Shown here piece after piece: positions 43,216-53,846 of a stretch of DNA of 64,000 bases (the first letter of the stretch is position 1; the number at the start of each line of letters is the position of its first letter). Location: assembly GCA_963724295.1 (NCBI GenBank), contig CAVRUC010000009.1, positions 192,001-256,000 of the forward strand. The letters are read 5' to 3'. This DNA is from an uncultured Chloroflexia bacterium (GTDB lineage Bacteria > Chloroflexota > Chloroflexia > Thermomicrobiales > UBA6265). The notes beneath the pieces were generated by a model. That model was not told the origin of the DNA, did no database searches, and saw nothing but the letters and a program-made list of their open reading frames with translations. The position numbers and the translations under genes were made by a program.

Positions 43216-45321
43216 GTGGCGAGGATCCGCCCATCCTGCCACCCCGCGACCCCGCGACCCCGCGACCCTCGTCTGACACGGCGGGGTCTCGTCGCGCAAT
43301 CACTCGTGGCTGGAGCTGGTGCCATTGCGGCCACTGGACGGGGTGGCAGGGTAGCCGGGTGGCAAGGTGGCGGGGAGAATGTGCCTGCAACCCCGCCGCC
43401 CCGCGACCCTGCGACCCTCGTCCCTGTCACCCCGTCAATAGCGCTCGAGCTCCTCGGCGGCGATGTCTGGGCCTGGCAGAAGTCGCTCGCGGGAACCTGT
43501 CCCGGCTGCCCACCGGACGCGACCATCACGCTGCTCGTCAATGGCAGCCTGGTTCCGGCGGAGCGAGAGGGGGACGCGTTTACCGCGGTTGCCAAACTCG
43601 ATCCCGGCGACAACGAGGTCCTTGCCGTCGCGAAGATGCCCGACGGCAGCGAGGAGCGCTCCGCTCCGGTGACATACACCGTCCGCCTCGAGCCACGGCC
43701 GACGGCGCGCCTTGTCGTCAGGATCGATGGGGGGCGGGTGGTCTTCGACGGCACGGCAAGCGAGCCGAGCGAGTACGACGGCGCGGCAGTCAAGACCTGG
43801 AGCCTGGGGGCCCGCGAGGACAATCCCGCTCTCCTCGAACTCGCCGAGACAGAGCCCGGCGTCTGGTCCGGGGCCCTCCCGACCGCCGACGGCGAGTACT
43901 ACGCCTCACTGACGGTCGAGGACGCCGAGGGCCGCACTGACGTCGCCGCCAGCTATTTCCTCGTCGCGGACCGACAGGCGCGTGTGCCAGATCCAATCCA
44001 CGAGCGTGCGGAGTGGATCGCGGACGCCGTCGTCTACGGCGTCGTTCCCCGCAACTTCGATCCGCCGGGATTCAGCGGCGTCACGGCGCGGCTGGACGAC
44101 CTGGCGGACCTCGGTGTCACCGCGCTCTGGTTCTCTCCCATCACGCGCACCCTGCCTGATCTCTTCGGCTACGAGGTGACCGACTATTTCGATGTGAGAC
44201 CGGAATACGGCACGAAAGAGGACTTCCGGGCGCTGGTAGACGCTGCGCACGCGCGCGGTATCCGCGTGCTGATGGACTTCGTTCCCAACCACACCTCAAT
44301 CGAGCACCCCTACGCCCAGGACGCCGCCGCCAATGGCCAGGCCTCCGCGTACTGGGACTTCTACGACCGCGACCCGGGCGGAAACCTGACCCACTACTTC
44401 AACTGGACGCACCTGCCGAATCTGAACTACGACAACCCCGAGGTCGCACGCTTCATGATGGAGGCATTCTCCTACTGGGTGCGAGAGTTCGACGTCGATG
44501 GCTTCCGCGTCGACGCCGTCTGGGGCATCAAGGAGCGCAACCCGGAGTGGCTGACGGCGTATCTCGCAGAGATGAATCGCATCAAGCCCGACTCGCTCTT
44601 GATCGCCGAGGCGAGCGCCCGCGACGAGTTCTACTTCGAGCAGGGGTTCGACGCCGCCTACGACTGGACCGATGAGCTTGGACAGTGGGCCTGGGGTGAC
44701 GCCCTGGGTGGGATCTTACCGATCGCCAAGGCGATGACCGACGTCCTTACCGACGGCGGACAGGGCTACCACGAGGATGCGCTGGTGATGCGCTTCCTCA
44801 ACAACAACGATACCGGGCAACGCTTGGTCTCCAGCTATGGCGTCGATTTCTATCGCACCGCGCTGGCGATGTTGCTCACGCTACCGGGATTGCCCTGTCT
44901 CTACACCGGCGATGAGGTCGGGGCCGAATACCAGCCGTACAACCAGGACGGGCCGATCGACTGGACTGACCGGTACGACCTGCGCGATGTGACGAAGAAG
45001 CTGATTGCGCTCCGGCGCGGCACACCAGCCCTGCACTCACCCGAGTGGCTCCCACTTGCCGCGGAACCGGCGACGCCCCTGTTCGCCTATCTGCGTACCA
45101 CGCAGAACGGACGAGCGCCGGTCGTGGTCCTGCTCAACTTCTCCGGGACCGACGTCGAGGCGGTCGTCGATCTCCCCGACGTAACGGCTGAATCACTCAG
45201 CGAAAGTGAGCTGACCGATCTCTGGAATGGAGAATCTGTCCCGGACCTGATTGGTCGTCGCGTCACCGCGGCGATTCCCGGTTGGGGATTTCGGTTCATT
45301 TCCCAGGCGCGTGGCGTATGA
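43216..45321 (+). CDS. GH13 alpha-amylase family glycosidase with Tat signal and N-terminal Ig/PKD-like domains
   Basis: LTRRGLV Tat motif; LGVTALW.SPI, GYEVTDY, DFVPNHTS, DGFRVDA (nucleophile), IAE, FLNNND, LPGLP.LY.GDE.G; start estimated. Confidence 0.88.
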   Translation: MARIRPSCHPATPRPRDPRLTRRGLVAQSLVAGAGAIAATGRGGRVAGWQGGGENVPATPPPRDPATLVPVTPSIALELLGGDVWAWQKSLAGTCPGCPPDATITLLVNGSLVPAEREGDAFTAVAKLDPGDNEVLAVAKMPDGSEERSAPVTYTVRLEPRPTARLVVRIDGGRVVFDGTASEPSEYDGAAVKTWSLGAREDNPALLELAETEPGVWSGALPTADGEYYASLTVEDAEGRTDVAASYFLVADRQARVPDPIHERAEWIADAVVYGVVPRNFDPPGFSGVTARLDDLADLGVTALWFSPITRTLPDLFGYEVTDYFDVRPEYGTKEDFRALVDAAHARGIRVLMDFVPNHTSIEHPYAQDAAANGQASAYWDFYDRDPGGNLTHYFNWTHLPNLNYDNPEVARFMMEAFSYWVREFDVDGFRVDAVWGIKERNPEWLTAYLAEMNRIKPDSLLIAEASARDEFYFEQGFDAAYDWTDELGQWAWGDALGGILPIAKAMTDVLTDGGQGYHEDALVMRFLNNNDTGQRLVSSYGVDFYRTALAMLLTLPGLPCLYTGDEVGAEYQPYNQDGPIDWTDRYDLRDVTKKLIALRRGTPALHSPEWLPLAAEPATPLFAYLRTTQNGRAPVVVLLNFSGTDVEAVVDLPDVTAESLSESELTDLWNGESVPDLIGRRVTAAIPGWGFRFISQARGV

Positions 45322-46403
45322 CACCGTCCACCCGACTCCGTGGGGAGCGAGCCGTGACGATCCAGGATGTCGCCGACCGCTCGGGCGTCTCCATCTCGAC
45401 CGTCTCGCGCGTCGTTACCGGATCCGTTGCTGTCGAACCCGCGACAGCGGAGCGAGTGCGGGAGGCGATCGCCGCCCTCGGCTACCGGCCGAACCTGCTC
45501 GCGCGCTCGTTCCGGCGTCGCGTAACCCATACCATCGGTCTGCTGGTGCCAGACAACTCCAACCCGTTCTTCGCGGAAGTGGCGCGCACGGCGGAGGACG
45601 CCGGTTTCGCCGAAGGCTACAGCGTCGTCCTCTGCAATTCGGATCTATCAGCGGTCAAGCAGGAGACCTACATCGACGTGCTTCTGGCGAAACGCGTCGA
45701 TGGCCTCATTCTGGTCTCTTCTGGATTGATCCCCACCGTCGATGGCCACGATGCCGTGGAGCGAATCCTCGAGGCAGGGGTGCCGTGCGTGGTCGTCGAC
45801 CGCGATCTCGGTGAGACGCCGGTCGATCAGGTCCTGGTTGACAATGAGCAGGGTGGCTATCTGGCCGGAGAGCATCTGATCGATCTCGGCCACCGTCGCA
45901 TCGCGTGCCTGGTGGGGCCGAACGAGCTGACTCCCAGTGCCGGGCGGATCGCCGGTTTTCAGCGCGCGCTGGCGGATGCCGGGCTGGCCATCACCGCGGA
46001 AGACCTCGTCCGGGGCAATGGCCGGCCGGATGGAGGCGCCGCCGCGGTCCGCGAGCTTCTGCAGCGGAGGAACATCGCCGCCGGCGACGTCACCGCCATC
46101 TTCGCCTTCAACGACCAGATGGCGATCGGCGCCATCGGCGCGTTGCAGAGAGCCGGACACCGCGTGCCGCGGGATGTCTCGGTGGTCGGATTCGATGATA
46201 TCCCGCAGTCGGCGGCGATCTTTCCGGCGCTGACCACGGTTGCCCAGCCTATCGGGGAGATGGGAAGCACCGGAGTCCGGCTCTTGCTCGATCGCATCGC
46301 GCGGGGGCACCCGCAGAGTCATGGGCCCTGTCAGCGGGTACGGCTATCGACCCGACTGGTCGTCCGGGAGAGCACTGGGCCGCCGCCGGACGGAAGTCGG
46401 TGA
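45318..46403 (+). CDS. LacI family transcriptional regulator
   Basis: TIQDVA...GVS.STVSRV, LGYRPN..ARS, NPFFAE, AIFAFNDQMAIG, VP.DVSVVGFDD, LTTV.QP. Confidence 0.95.
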   Translation: MTPSTRLRGERAVTIQDVADRSGVSISTVSRVVTGSVAVEPATAERVREAIAALGYRPNLLARSFRRRVTHTIGLLVPDNSNPFFAEVARTAEDAGFAEGYSVVLCNSDLSAVKQETYIDVLLAKRVDGLILVSSGLIPTVDGHDAVERILEAGVPCVVVDRDLGETPVDQVLVDNEQGGYLAGEHLIDLGHRRIACLVGPNELTPSAGRIAGFQRALADAGLAITAEDLVRGNGRPDGGAAAVRELLQRRNIAAGDVTAIFAFNDQMAIGAIGALQRAGHRVPRDVSVVGFDDIPQSAAIFPALTTVAQPIGEMGSTGVRLLLDRIARGHPQSHGPCQRVRLSTRLVVRESTGPPPDGSR

Positions 46404-46473
46404 GTTGGTACGTCGGGGTCGGGATCTGGAATTCGGAGGTTGCGAGTGCGACGGCGAGATGCCCCGACGGCCC

Positions 46474-46497
46474 GTAGGGGCGACGCAGACGTCGCCC
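46474..46497. repeat. GTAG-type REP palindrome, copy 2
   Basis: GTAG-GGGCGACG-CAGA-CGTCGCCC. Confidence 0.75.
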
Positions 46498-46578
46498 GAG
46501 TCGCTAAGATCGCGTAGTGAGGCAGGTGGGCGGGTCAAGCGGTCCGTCCGGGCGAGACCACACGGTGGCGTGTGGTGA

Positions 46579-48027
46579 GTGACAAAGGAGGTCTTCGTGG
46601 CAAAGAACATCTGGACATCGTCGGTTCGGCGACGTGAGTTGGACGAACTTCTGCGGCAGGCCGCGACAGGCAGGCTGAGCCGGCGGCGCTTCGCTCAACG
46701 CGCCCTGGCCCTCGGCATCTCGGCGACCGTGGTCGCTTCTGCGCTACGTGCGGGAGGCACGCTGGCACGGCAGATAGCGACACCGGAAGGTTGGGAACCG
46801 ATCGGCGAGGAGCTCGATCTGGCCAACCTCAGCCCGGAGATTCCGGAGCCGACCGAGCCGGTGACCATCACCTTCGCCTCCTGGGTCAACGAGACGCCGA
46901 TGATGAACGAGCTGCGGGACCGCTTCCAGGAGATACATCCAAACATCACGGTCGAGTTCCAGGGCGTGCCGGCAGAGGAGATGGACGCCCGGCTCACGAC
47001 CCAGATCGCCGGCGGCAACCCGCCGGACACCGTCTTCGTCGACATGAGCTCGGTCGTCGACTATGCGTCCCGTAACGCTCTCGTCGACCTCGAACCGTAC
47101 ATCGCGCAAAGCGTGGCGGTGGTGCGCGACGATTACATCGGCGCGTTCCTCGACTCGGTACTGTGGGAAGACAAGATGTTCGGTCTGCCCTATGACGGGG
47201 AGACGACCGGCCTCTTCTATCGCAAGGATCTCTTCGAGGCGGCGGGGATCGCGGAACCACCCAAGACCTGGGAAGAGCTGGAAGCGGCCGCGCAAGCACT
47301 CACCACCGAAGGTCAATATGGCTACATCATGTTCGCGCCCGAGGCTGCCTACTATTGGTACCCGTACCTCTGGCAGAACGGCGGCGAGCTGCTCTCGCAA
47401 GACGGCCAGACTATTCTCTTCAATAGCGACGCCGGAAAAGAAGCGGCGGAGTTCTACGTCGGGCTGACGCAGTACTCGCCACCCGATTTCCTCAACTCCA
47501 ACTCCTACGACGGCCGCGTCGCCTTCGCCACCGGCCAGGTCGCCATGTACGTGGCCGGAGCCTGGTTCGCCTCGGTGATGCAGGACGAGTACCCCGACAT
47601 CAACGACCTCTGGGACGCCGCGCCGCTGCCGCAGAAAGAGCGTTGCGCCACCACCATCGCCGGCGACGCGCTGATCATGCCGGCGCAGGGCAAGAACCAC
47701 GACGCGGCCTGGAAGTGGCTCGAGTTCCTCTCAGCGCCGCAGAACATGGCCCTCTGGGCGCTCGGCGTACCGGACAACGCGGGCTCGGTGCTCCCGCCAC
47801 GCACGTCGCTCCTGGAAGACCCGAACGTCTTCGATCTCAACCCGGTCCTCGAGGGCTTCGCCCAGCAGATGGAGTGCGGCGTCACCGGCGGCGCTCCGAA
47901 CGTGCGCTACGGCGAGGTTGAGGTTGCCCTCAACGATGCCCTGGGTCGCGCCATCTACGGCGAGATCGACGCCGCCACCGCCCTGGATGAAGCCGCCATG
48001 GAAGGCGAGGCCATTCTCAGCCGGTAA
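46579..48027 (+). CDS. carbohydrate ABC transporter substrate-binding protein (Tat signal)
   Basis: G.LSRRRF..RALALG.S; GGNPPD, LFYRKDLFEAAGI.EPP.TWEEL, F.TG.VAM..AG.W. Confidence 0.9.
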   Translation: MTKEVFVAKNIWTSSVRRRELDELLRQAATGRLSRRRFAQRALALGISATVVASALRAGGTLARQIATPEGWEPIGEELDLANLSPEIPEPTEPVTITFASWVNETPMMNELRDRFQEIHPNITVEFQGVPAEEMDARLTTQIAGGNPPDTVFVDMSSVVDYASRNALVDLEPYIAQSVAVVRDDYIGAFLDSVLWEDKMFGLPYDGETTGLFYRKDLFEAAGIAEPPKTWEELEAAAQALTTEGQYGYIMFAPEAAYYWYPYLWQNGGELLSQDGQTILFNSDAGKEAAEFYVGLTQYSPPDFLNSNSYDGRVAFATGQVAMYVAGAWFASVMQDEYPDINDLWDAAPLPQKERCATTIAGDALIMPAQGKNHDAAWKWLEFLSAPQNMALWALGVPDNAGSVLPPRTSLLEDPNVFDLNPVLEGFAQQMECGVTGGAPNVRYGEVEVALNDALGRAIYGEIDAATALDEAAMEGEAILSR

Positions 48028-48037
48028 CGGAGGCAAA

Positions 48038-48115
48038 GGGTGGCAGGGTTGCTGGGTCGCGAGGTAGCGGGAAGAACCCACCCGCCACCCTGCCACCCTG
48101 CCACCCGGCCACCCC
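48038..48115. repeat. octamer-built palindromic element (copy)
   Basis: GGGTGGCA GGGTTGCT GGGTCGCG AGGTAGCG ... GCCACCCT GCCACCCT GCCACCCG GCCACCC. Confidence 0.7.
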
Positions 48116-48130
48116 ATCTCGAGGACAGCC

Positions 48131-49066
48131 ATGGCCGTTAGTACCGCGACAATTGCGTCACCACCTGCCAGCCGACGACCCTCCGTCTTGCGCCAGATGC
48201 GCAAGCAATGGTCCGCCTACCTCTTCCTGGCGCCGACGATGATCCTCTTCGCCATCTTCACGGTGGCAGCCGTCATCTATGCGTTCTACCTCAGCTTCCA
48301 TGAGTGGAACATCCTGGAGCCGGCCAAGCCGTACGTCGGCCTTGATAACTACAGCCGGCTGCTCGGCGACGAGCGGTTCGGTGGCGCCGTTTTCAACACC
48401 CTCGTCTACACCGCCGCCTCGGTGCCCCTGACGATGGGCTTGGGTCTGCTGATCGCGTTGCTGTTGAACAATCAGATCCGGGCCCGTGGGTTCTTCCGCA
48501 CCCTGTTCTACTTGCCGGTCGTCACACCGCTCGTCATTGCCGCGATCATCTGGAAATGGGTCTACAACGGCGATTTCGGGCTGCTGAACTACTACCTGAT
48601 CCAGATCGGCGTTATCGACGAGCCGCTGCTGTGGCTTTCCGATCCCAATCTGGCCATGCCGGCCGTGATCATTACCAGCGTCTGGAAGAGCGTCGGCTTC
48701 TCCATGGTCGTCTATCTGGCCGGGTTGCAGTCGATCCCGGAGGACTTCTACGACGCCGCCAAGGTCGACGGCGCCGTCGGCTGGCAGCGCCTGAAAGACA
48801 TCACCATCCCGCTCCTCTCCTCGACCACCCTCTTCCTGGCGGTCGTCTCCGTGCTCGGTGCCTTCCAGGTCTTCACCGAGGTCTTCATCATGACCAACGG
48901 TGGCCCGCTGGGACGAACCACCACCATCGTCTTTCACATCTACCAGACGGCCTTCAAGTTCTTCGACATGGGCTACGCCTCGGCGATGGCGTTCGGCATG
49001 TTCGCGATGATGTTCGTCTTCACCCTCGTCCAGCTCCGCGTCATGCGCGGCGAGGTGGAGTACTGA
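48131..49066 (+). CDS. carbohydrate ABC permease
   Basis: YLFLAP, VGLDNY, FRTLFYLP, YLAGLQSIP...YDAAKVDGA, MTNGGP. Confidence 0.92.
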   Translation: MAVSTATIASPPASRRPSVLRQMRKQWSAYLFLAPTMILFAIFTVAAVIYAFYLSFHEWNILEPAKPYVGLDNYSRLLGDERFGGAVFNTLVYTAASVPLTMGLGLLIALLLNNQIRARGFFRTLFYLPVVTPLVIAAIIWKWVYNGDFGLLNYYLIQIGVIDEPLLWLSDPNLAMPAVIITSVWKSVGFSMVVYLAGLQSIPEDFYDAAKVDGAVGWQRLKDITIPLLSSTTLFLAVVSVLGAFQVFTEVFIMTNGGPLGRTTTIVFHIYQTAFKFFDMGYASAMAFGMFAMMFVFTLVQLRVMRGEVEY

Positions 49067-49103
49067 TGATGGCCTCGCACGGCTCAGCGACCGACCGCGT
49101 AGG

Positions 49104-49217
49104 GCCCTCATCCCCGGCCCTTCGCCTCTCGGAGCGGGGAACAGAGAGAAAGCTCACCAGCCGAGCAGAGAGCCCCCTCTCCCGGCTCCGACGGGAGAGG
49201 GGGTTGGGGGTGAGGGC
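49104..49217. repeat. CCCTCA(T/C)CCC...GGGGTGAGGG-type intergenic palindromic repeat
   Basis: GCCCTCATCCCCGGCCC ... CCCCCTCTCCCG-GCTCCGA-CGGGAGAGGGGG TTGGGGGTGAGGGC; a weaker relative near 53705-53740. Confidence 0.55.
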
Positions 49218-49235
49218 AAGCTCAAGGAGCGCCGT

Positions 49236-50159
49236 ATGGCTGTAATAGCCCGCGAGCGTCAGCTAGTCATACCGCGGGAGCGCGTGCGCGGTCGCGACTG
49301 GCGCGGCATAGCCGGCAAGGCCATCGTCTACGCGGTCCTGATCGTCGTCGGTGGGCTGTTCGTTGCGCCGTTCATCTGGATGGTCTCTGGTTCCCTCCAG
49401 CAGATTGGCGACATCTTTCGCTGGCCACCGCAGTGGATCCCGCGCAACCCGACCCTCGACAACTATGGCCGGTTCTTCGAGTATCAACAGATCGGCCGCT
49501 TCTTCCTCAACAGCGCCTACGTCGCCATTGCCGTCACCTTCCTCCAGCTTCTGTTCTCGTCGCTGGCGGCCTATGCGTTTGCCAAGCGCCAGTTCCCCGG
49601 CCGCGACGCGCTCTTCCTGCTGACACTGGGGACGATGATGATCCCTGGTCAGGTGACGCTGATTCCGACCTACATCATCCTCAAGCACGTCCCATTCTTT
49701 GGTGGCAATAACTTCCTCGGGCAGGGCGGTCACGGCTGGCTCGACTCCTACTGGGGACTGATCATCCCCCAGGGAGCCAGCGCCTTCGCCATCTTCCTCC
49801 TCCGCCAATACATGCGCACGATCCCGAACGATCTGCTCGATGCCGCCCGCATCGACGGAGCATCGGAGATGCGCATCTGGGCCCAGATCGTGATGCCGCT
49901 CTGCCTGCCGGCACTCGCGGCGCTGGGCATCTTCACCTTCACTTATCAGTGGGACAACTTCTACTGGCCGCTGGTCATCGTCAGCAGTGAAGACCTGCGC
50001 ACGCTCCCGCTTGGCCTGGCCCTCTTCGTCGTCCGCAACCGGACGGCCTGGGATCTGCTGATGGCCGGCTCGGTGGTGGCCACCCTACCGGTCCTGATCG
50101 TCTTCCTCATCTTCCAGCGCCATTTCGTGCGTGGTATCGCTATGAGCGGGTTGAAGTAA
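49236..50159 (+). CDS. carbohydrate ABC permease
   Basis: AYAFAK..FPGR, TMMIP.QVT.IP, TIPNDLLDAARIDGAS, WDNFYWPL, QRHFV.GI..SGLK. Confidence 0.92.
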   Translation: MAVIARERQLVIPRERVRGRDWRGIAGKAIVYAVLIVVGGLFVAPFIWMVSGSLQQIGDIFRWPPQWIPRNPTLDNYGRFFEYQQIGRFFLNSAYVAIAVTFLQLLFSSLAAYAFAKRQFPGRDALFLLTLGTMMIPGQVTLIPTYIILKHVPFFGGNNFLGQGGHGWLDSYWGLIIPQGASAFAIFLLRQYMRTIPNDLLDAARIDGASEMRIWAQIVMPLCLPALAALGIFTFTYQWDNFYWPLVIVSSEDLRTLPLGLALFVVRNRTAWDLLMAGSVVATLPVLIVFLIFQRHFVRGIAMSGLK

Positions 50160-50164
50160 CGAAA

Positions 50165-50250
50165 GGTGACAGGGTGATTACTCGCTTCGCTCGTGGTGGC
50201 AGGGTGGCAGGAAGAACGATTCCCCCGACACCCTGACACCCTGTGACCCC
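50165..50250. repeat. octamer-built palindromic element (copy, inverted core)
   Basis: TACTCGCTTCGCTCGTGGTGGC (50179-50200) is the reverse complement of the core at 41227; flanked by GGGTGGCA and GACACCCT units. Confidence 0.75.
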
Positions 50251-50289
50251 GACACCCATCACCTATCACCCATCACCCAGGAGAGTTCG

Positions 50290-53200
50290 ATGCCCCGCAT
50301 GCCCTGGTCACACGTGCCACCGACGGTCGAGACCCTGCGTCACCCACCGCGTGAGTACGGGATCCTGCCGTTCTGGTTTCTCAACGGCGAGCTCGATCCG
50401 GAGGAGATGCGCTGGCAGCTCCGCGAGCTGCGCGAGAAGGGGATGCCGGGGATCATCCTCCACGGCCGCTTCGGACTGGAGCTTCCCTATCTCGGTCCGG
50501 AGTTCCGGGAGCGCGTCCGCCTCGCCGTCGAGGAGGGCGAGCGGCTAGGGCTGGACACCTGGATCTACGACGAGATGAACTGGCCGAGCGGGACGGCCAA
50601 CTGGAAGGTCGTTGAGGAGCGGCCGGACCTCACGCAGCGCTACCTGGAGTGCCTCAGCTTCCCGATCCGTGGTCCCTGGTTCGCCTATCTCACCGGGGGT
50701 GACAGCCGGTACATCGACTTTGAGCGATCCACCCCCGTTGCCGCCTTTGGTCTGGGCGAGGATGGGAGCGTGGTTGATCTGACTCCCTATCTCTCGTTCG
50801 AGAATGTCATCCCCTGGGAAGTTCCAGCTGGCAACTGGCGCATCATGTACCTGGTCGAGAAACGCGCCGATTACTACATCGACGCTCTCGACCCGGAAGC
50901 GACCGCCGAGTTCCTGCGCCTTGGCTACGACCCCTATGCCGAGACCGTCGCCGGCAAGATGCCGTCCGCGGTGCCCGGCTTCTACACCGACGAGCCGGCG
51001 ATGCACTACTACGTGACCGGCGGCGATAACCCGATCGTGCCCTGGACGAAGGACATGTTCCGCCGCTTCCACGAGCGGAACCGGTACGACCTGCGGCCGC
51101 GCCTGCCGGATCTCTTCTTCGACGTCAGCCCCGACAGCGCCCGCGTCCGTCATGACTTCTACGAGACCCTAACGGCCTTTTACGCGGACGCCTACTACCG
51201 CCAGATCCACGATTGGTGTCACGAGCACGACGTCCTCTTCACCGGTCATCTCCTCTATGAGGAGTGGCTGCGCAACATGGTGAGGGTCGAGGGCAATCCG
51301 TTTCGCCATTACCCGCACATGGACGTCATCGGCGTCGACCACCTCTACCCGATCATCGGCAGCCGCGACCGGCCGGCCGAGCACGTCGCCATGAAGCTCG
51401 GCTCCTCAGCCGCCCACCAGCTAGGGAGCGAACGCCTTCTCTGCGAGTCGTTCGGCGGCATCTTCATGGACGCCACCATGCAGCGGATGAAGTGGATTAC
51501 CGACTGGGAGTACGTCCTGGGTGTCAACCTGGTCAACCCGCACGGTTTCCATTACACCCTGGAAGGCCCCCGCAAGCGGGACTGGCCGCCGTCGATGTTC
51601 TATCAGTACCCCTGGTGGCACGTCTATGACGAGTTCTCCCGTTACGTCGCCCGGCTGAGTCATCTCCTCACCGGGGGCCGCCATGTAGCCAGGGTGGCGA
51701 TCCTCTGGCCGGCCAGCACGATCTTCGCTCACTACACCCCGCAGCAGCGCAACCCGCTCAGCAACCGGACCGAGTTCGACTTCAACATGCTCACCGATCT
51801 CCTGCTGCGCCTTCATCACGATTTCGACTATCTGGATGAGGAGGTCCTTGCCGGCGCCGAGATCGCGGATGGTGCGATCCAGGTTGCCGATGAACGCCAC
51901 GAGCTGTTGATCCTGCCGCCGATGACGCACCTGAAGCTCCCGACGCTCGAGCGATTGGAGCGATTCGTGGCCGGAGGCGGCCGGCTGCTGGGGACCGTTT
52001 TTCTGCCCGACCGCGCCTTCGGCGATGATGGCATCGTCGACGTCTCGCAGCGGGTCGCGTCGTTGTTCGGTGTCGATCCCATCGCCACTCAGCGCGAGTA
52101 CCGCGACGTGTCCGGCATCGAAACGGATTTCAAAGACCATGAGGGCGGCGGGCGAACCGGGTTCGTCCGTTCCTACGCACTCAACCGGGCACTGCCGCGG
52201 CGATTGCAGGAGGCGCTCGACCTCCCCGGCCTCCCGGAGAGCTCCTTCTTCGTCGTCGAGGAAGAGAATGGGACGAGCCATTACTGGTACGCCCCGCCAA
52301 ACGGCGAGCGCCAGGAGATCACCGCCGAAGTCGCCGCCGAGCGGGACGAGGTGAGCCGTGCGATCGACGCGGCCGTCACCGCCCTGATCGATCCGGACGT
52401 CGTCATCGACAACCCGGAGCTGTTCTGCCTGCACCGCGTCAAGGACGGGCGCGACCTCTGGTTCCTCGTCAACTCGACCCATGAGGTCCAGACCGCCAAC
52501 GTTGGCCTCCGCGGCGAACATCATCCCGTCCGCTGGGAGACGTCGCTCGGGGAAGAGCAGCCGATCGCCCCCTCGCGGATCGAGGGCGGATTCACCCGCT
52601 TTCAGATCGAGCTGCCGCCGGTCGGGTCGGTCTTCTTGACCACGGGAGAAACAGACCGACACCCGCATCGTCGAGACGAACATTGTTGTCGATCGCCTGA
52701 CCGATGGCGAGATCGGCGGGCGTGTGCGGGGTGGCAACGCCTACGCGGTGATCGCCAGGAATGGACAGGAGCACCGGCTGACCGCCGACGCTGGTGCGCC
52801 GCTGCAGCCCCTCGTGCTCGACAGCGAGTGGGAATTCGTCGCCGAGGATGCCAACGCGCTGGTCATCGCTGAGTGGCTGGCGACGCCGGAGGAACCGGGC
52901 GCGGCGCGCCAAACATACGCCGCCCCGGACGTCGACACCACCGGCTGGTTGCCGATGGTGATGGGCGCCTGGTCGTACCAGCTTCCCGCCGAGCCCGACC
53001 GGCCGTACCCGATCGACGTCTGGTATCGCATTGGCTTCACGATTGAGCGCGTACCGCCGCGCCTCGACCTGATCGTCGACGGCTTCGCCGGCTCCGGTTG
53101 GGACGTCTTCGTCAACGGAGACCGGGTCACCGCGGCGCCTGTCCGCAGCGCGATCGACAGCCAGATGCAGGCGCTGGACATCACTCCACAGGTGCGTGAG

Positions 53201-53728
53201 GGCGAGAACGTCATCGCCGTGCGACTCACCGTCACCAAGCCCACCGATGGTCTGCTCGATCTGGTCAAGCTCGTCGGCGATTTCGCCGTCGAGCGCGTCG
53301 ATGGTACGGAACGCATCAGTGCGCCCCGATCGACGTTGCAACCTGCGTCATGGGTCGAGCAGGGGTACCCCTACTACTCTGGTCGCGGTCTCTATCGACT
53401 TCGCTTCGAGCTGCCAGCCAATTTCGCAGACCAACGCGTCTTCCTCGAGCCTGAGATGAAGGATGACACCGTCGAAGTGCTGATCAATGGCCAGCGCGCC
53501 GGCGTCCGCCTCTGGGAGCCGTACCAGGTAGAGCTCACTGACCATCTCGAGCCGGGCGACAACACTCTGGAGCTGCGGATAGCCAACACCCCTATCAACC
53601 TGCTGGAAGCCGTTCCCCGGCCATCCGGACTGGCTGGTCCCCCGCGCCTGGTTCCCTACCGGCCGGTCAGGTTTGCGGTTTCCGGCCAGCAGTTCGGCGT
53701 GACGCCCTCGGCCCAACCCTCACCCTAG
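50290..53728 (+). CDS. large GH106-like glycoside hydrolase with C-terminal beta-sandwich domains (frameshift ~52655)
   Basis: PP.EY...PFWFLNG.L, GL...YL, WIYDE..WPSG, GFYTDEP, TGHL..EE, SAAHQ.G, CESFG; C-terminal SW...G.PYYSG...Y, VLINGQ..G...W.PY, SGL.GP. Confidence 0.75.
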
Positions 53729-53846
53729 ACGCGGAGAGAGGAGGACGCGCGGCTACCGGGGATCGGGGCCGAATCCACCTGCTTTTTCCGCCAACTGCTC
53801 AAACAGACGTGTCTGGGCAGTACGTCGGCCTGGTTCATTACCGTCG

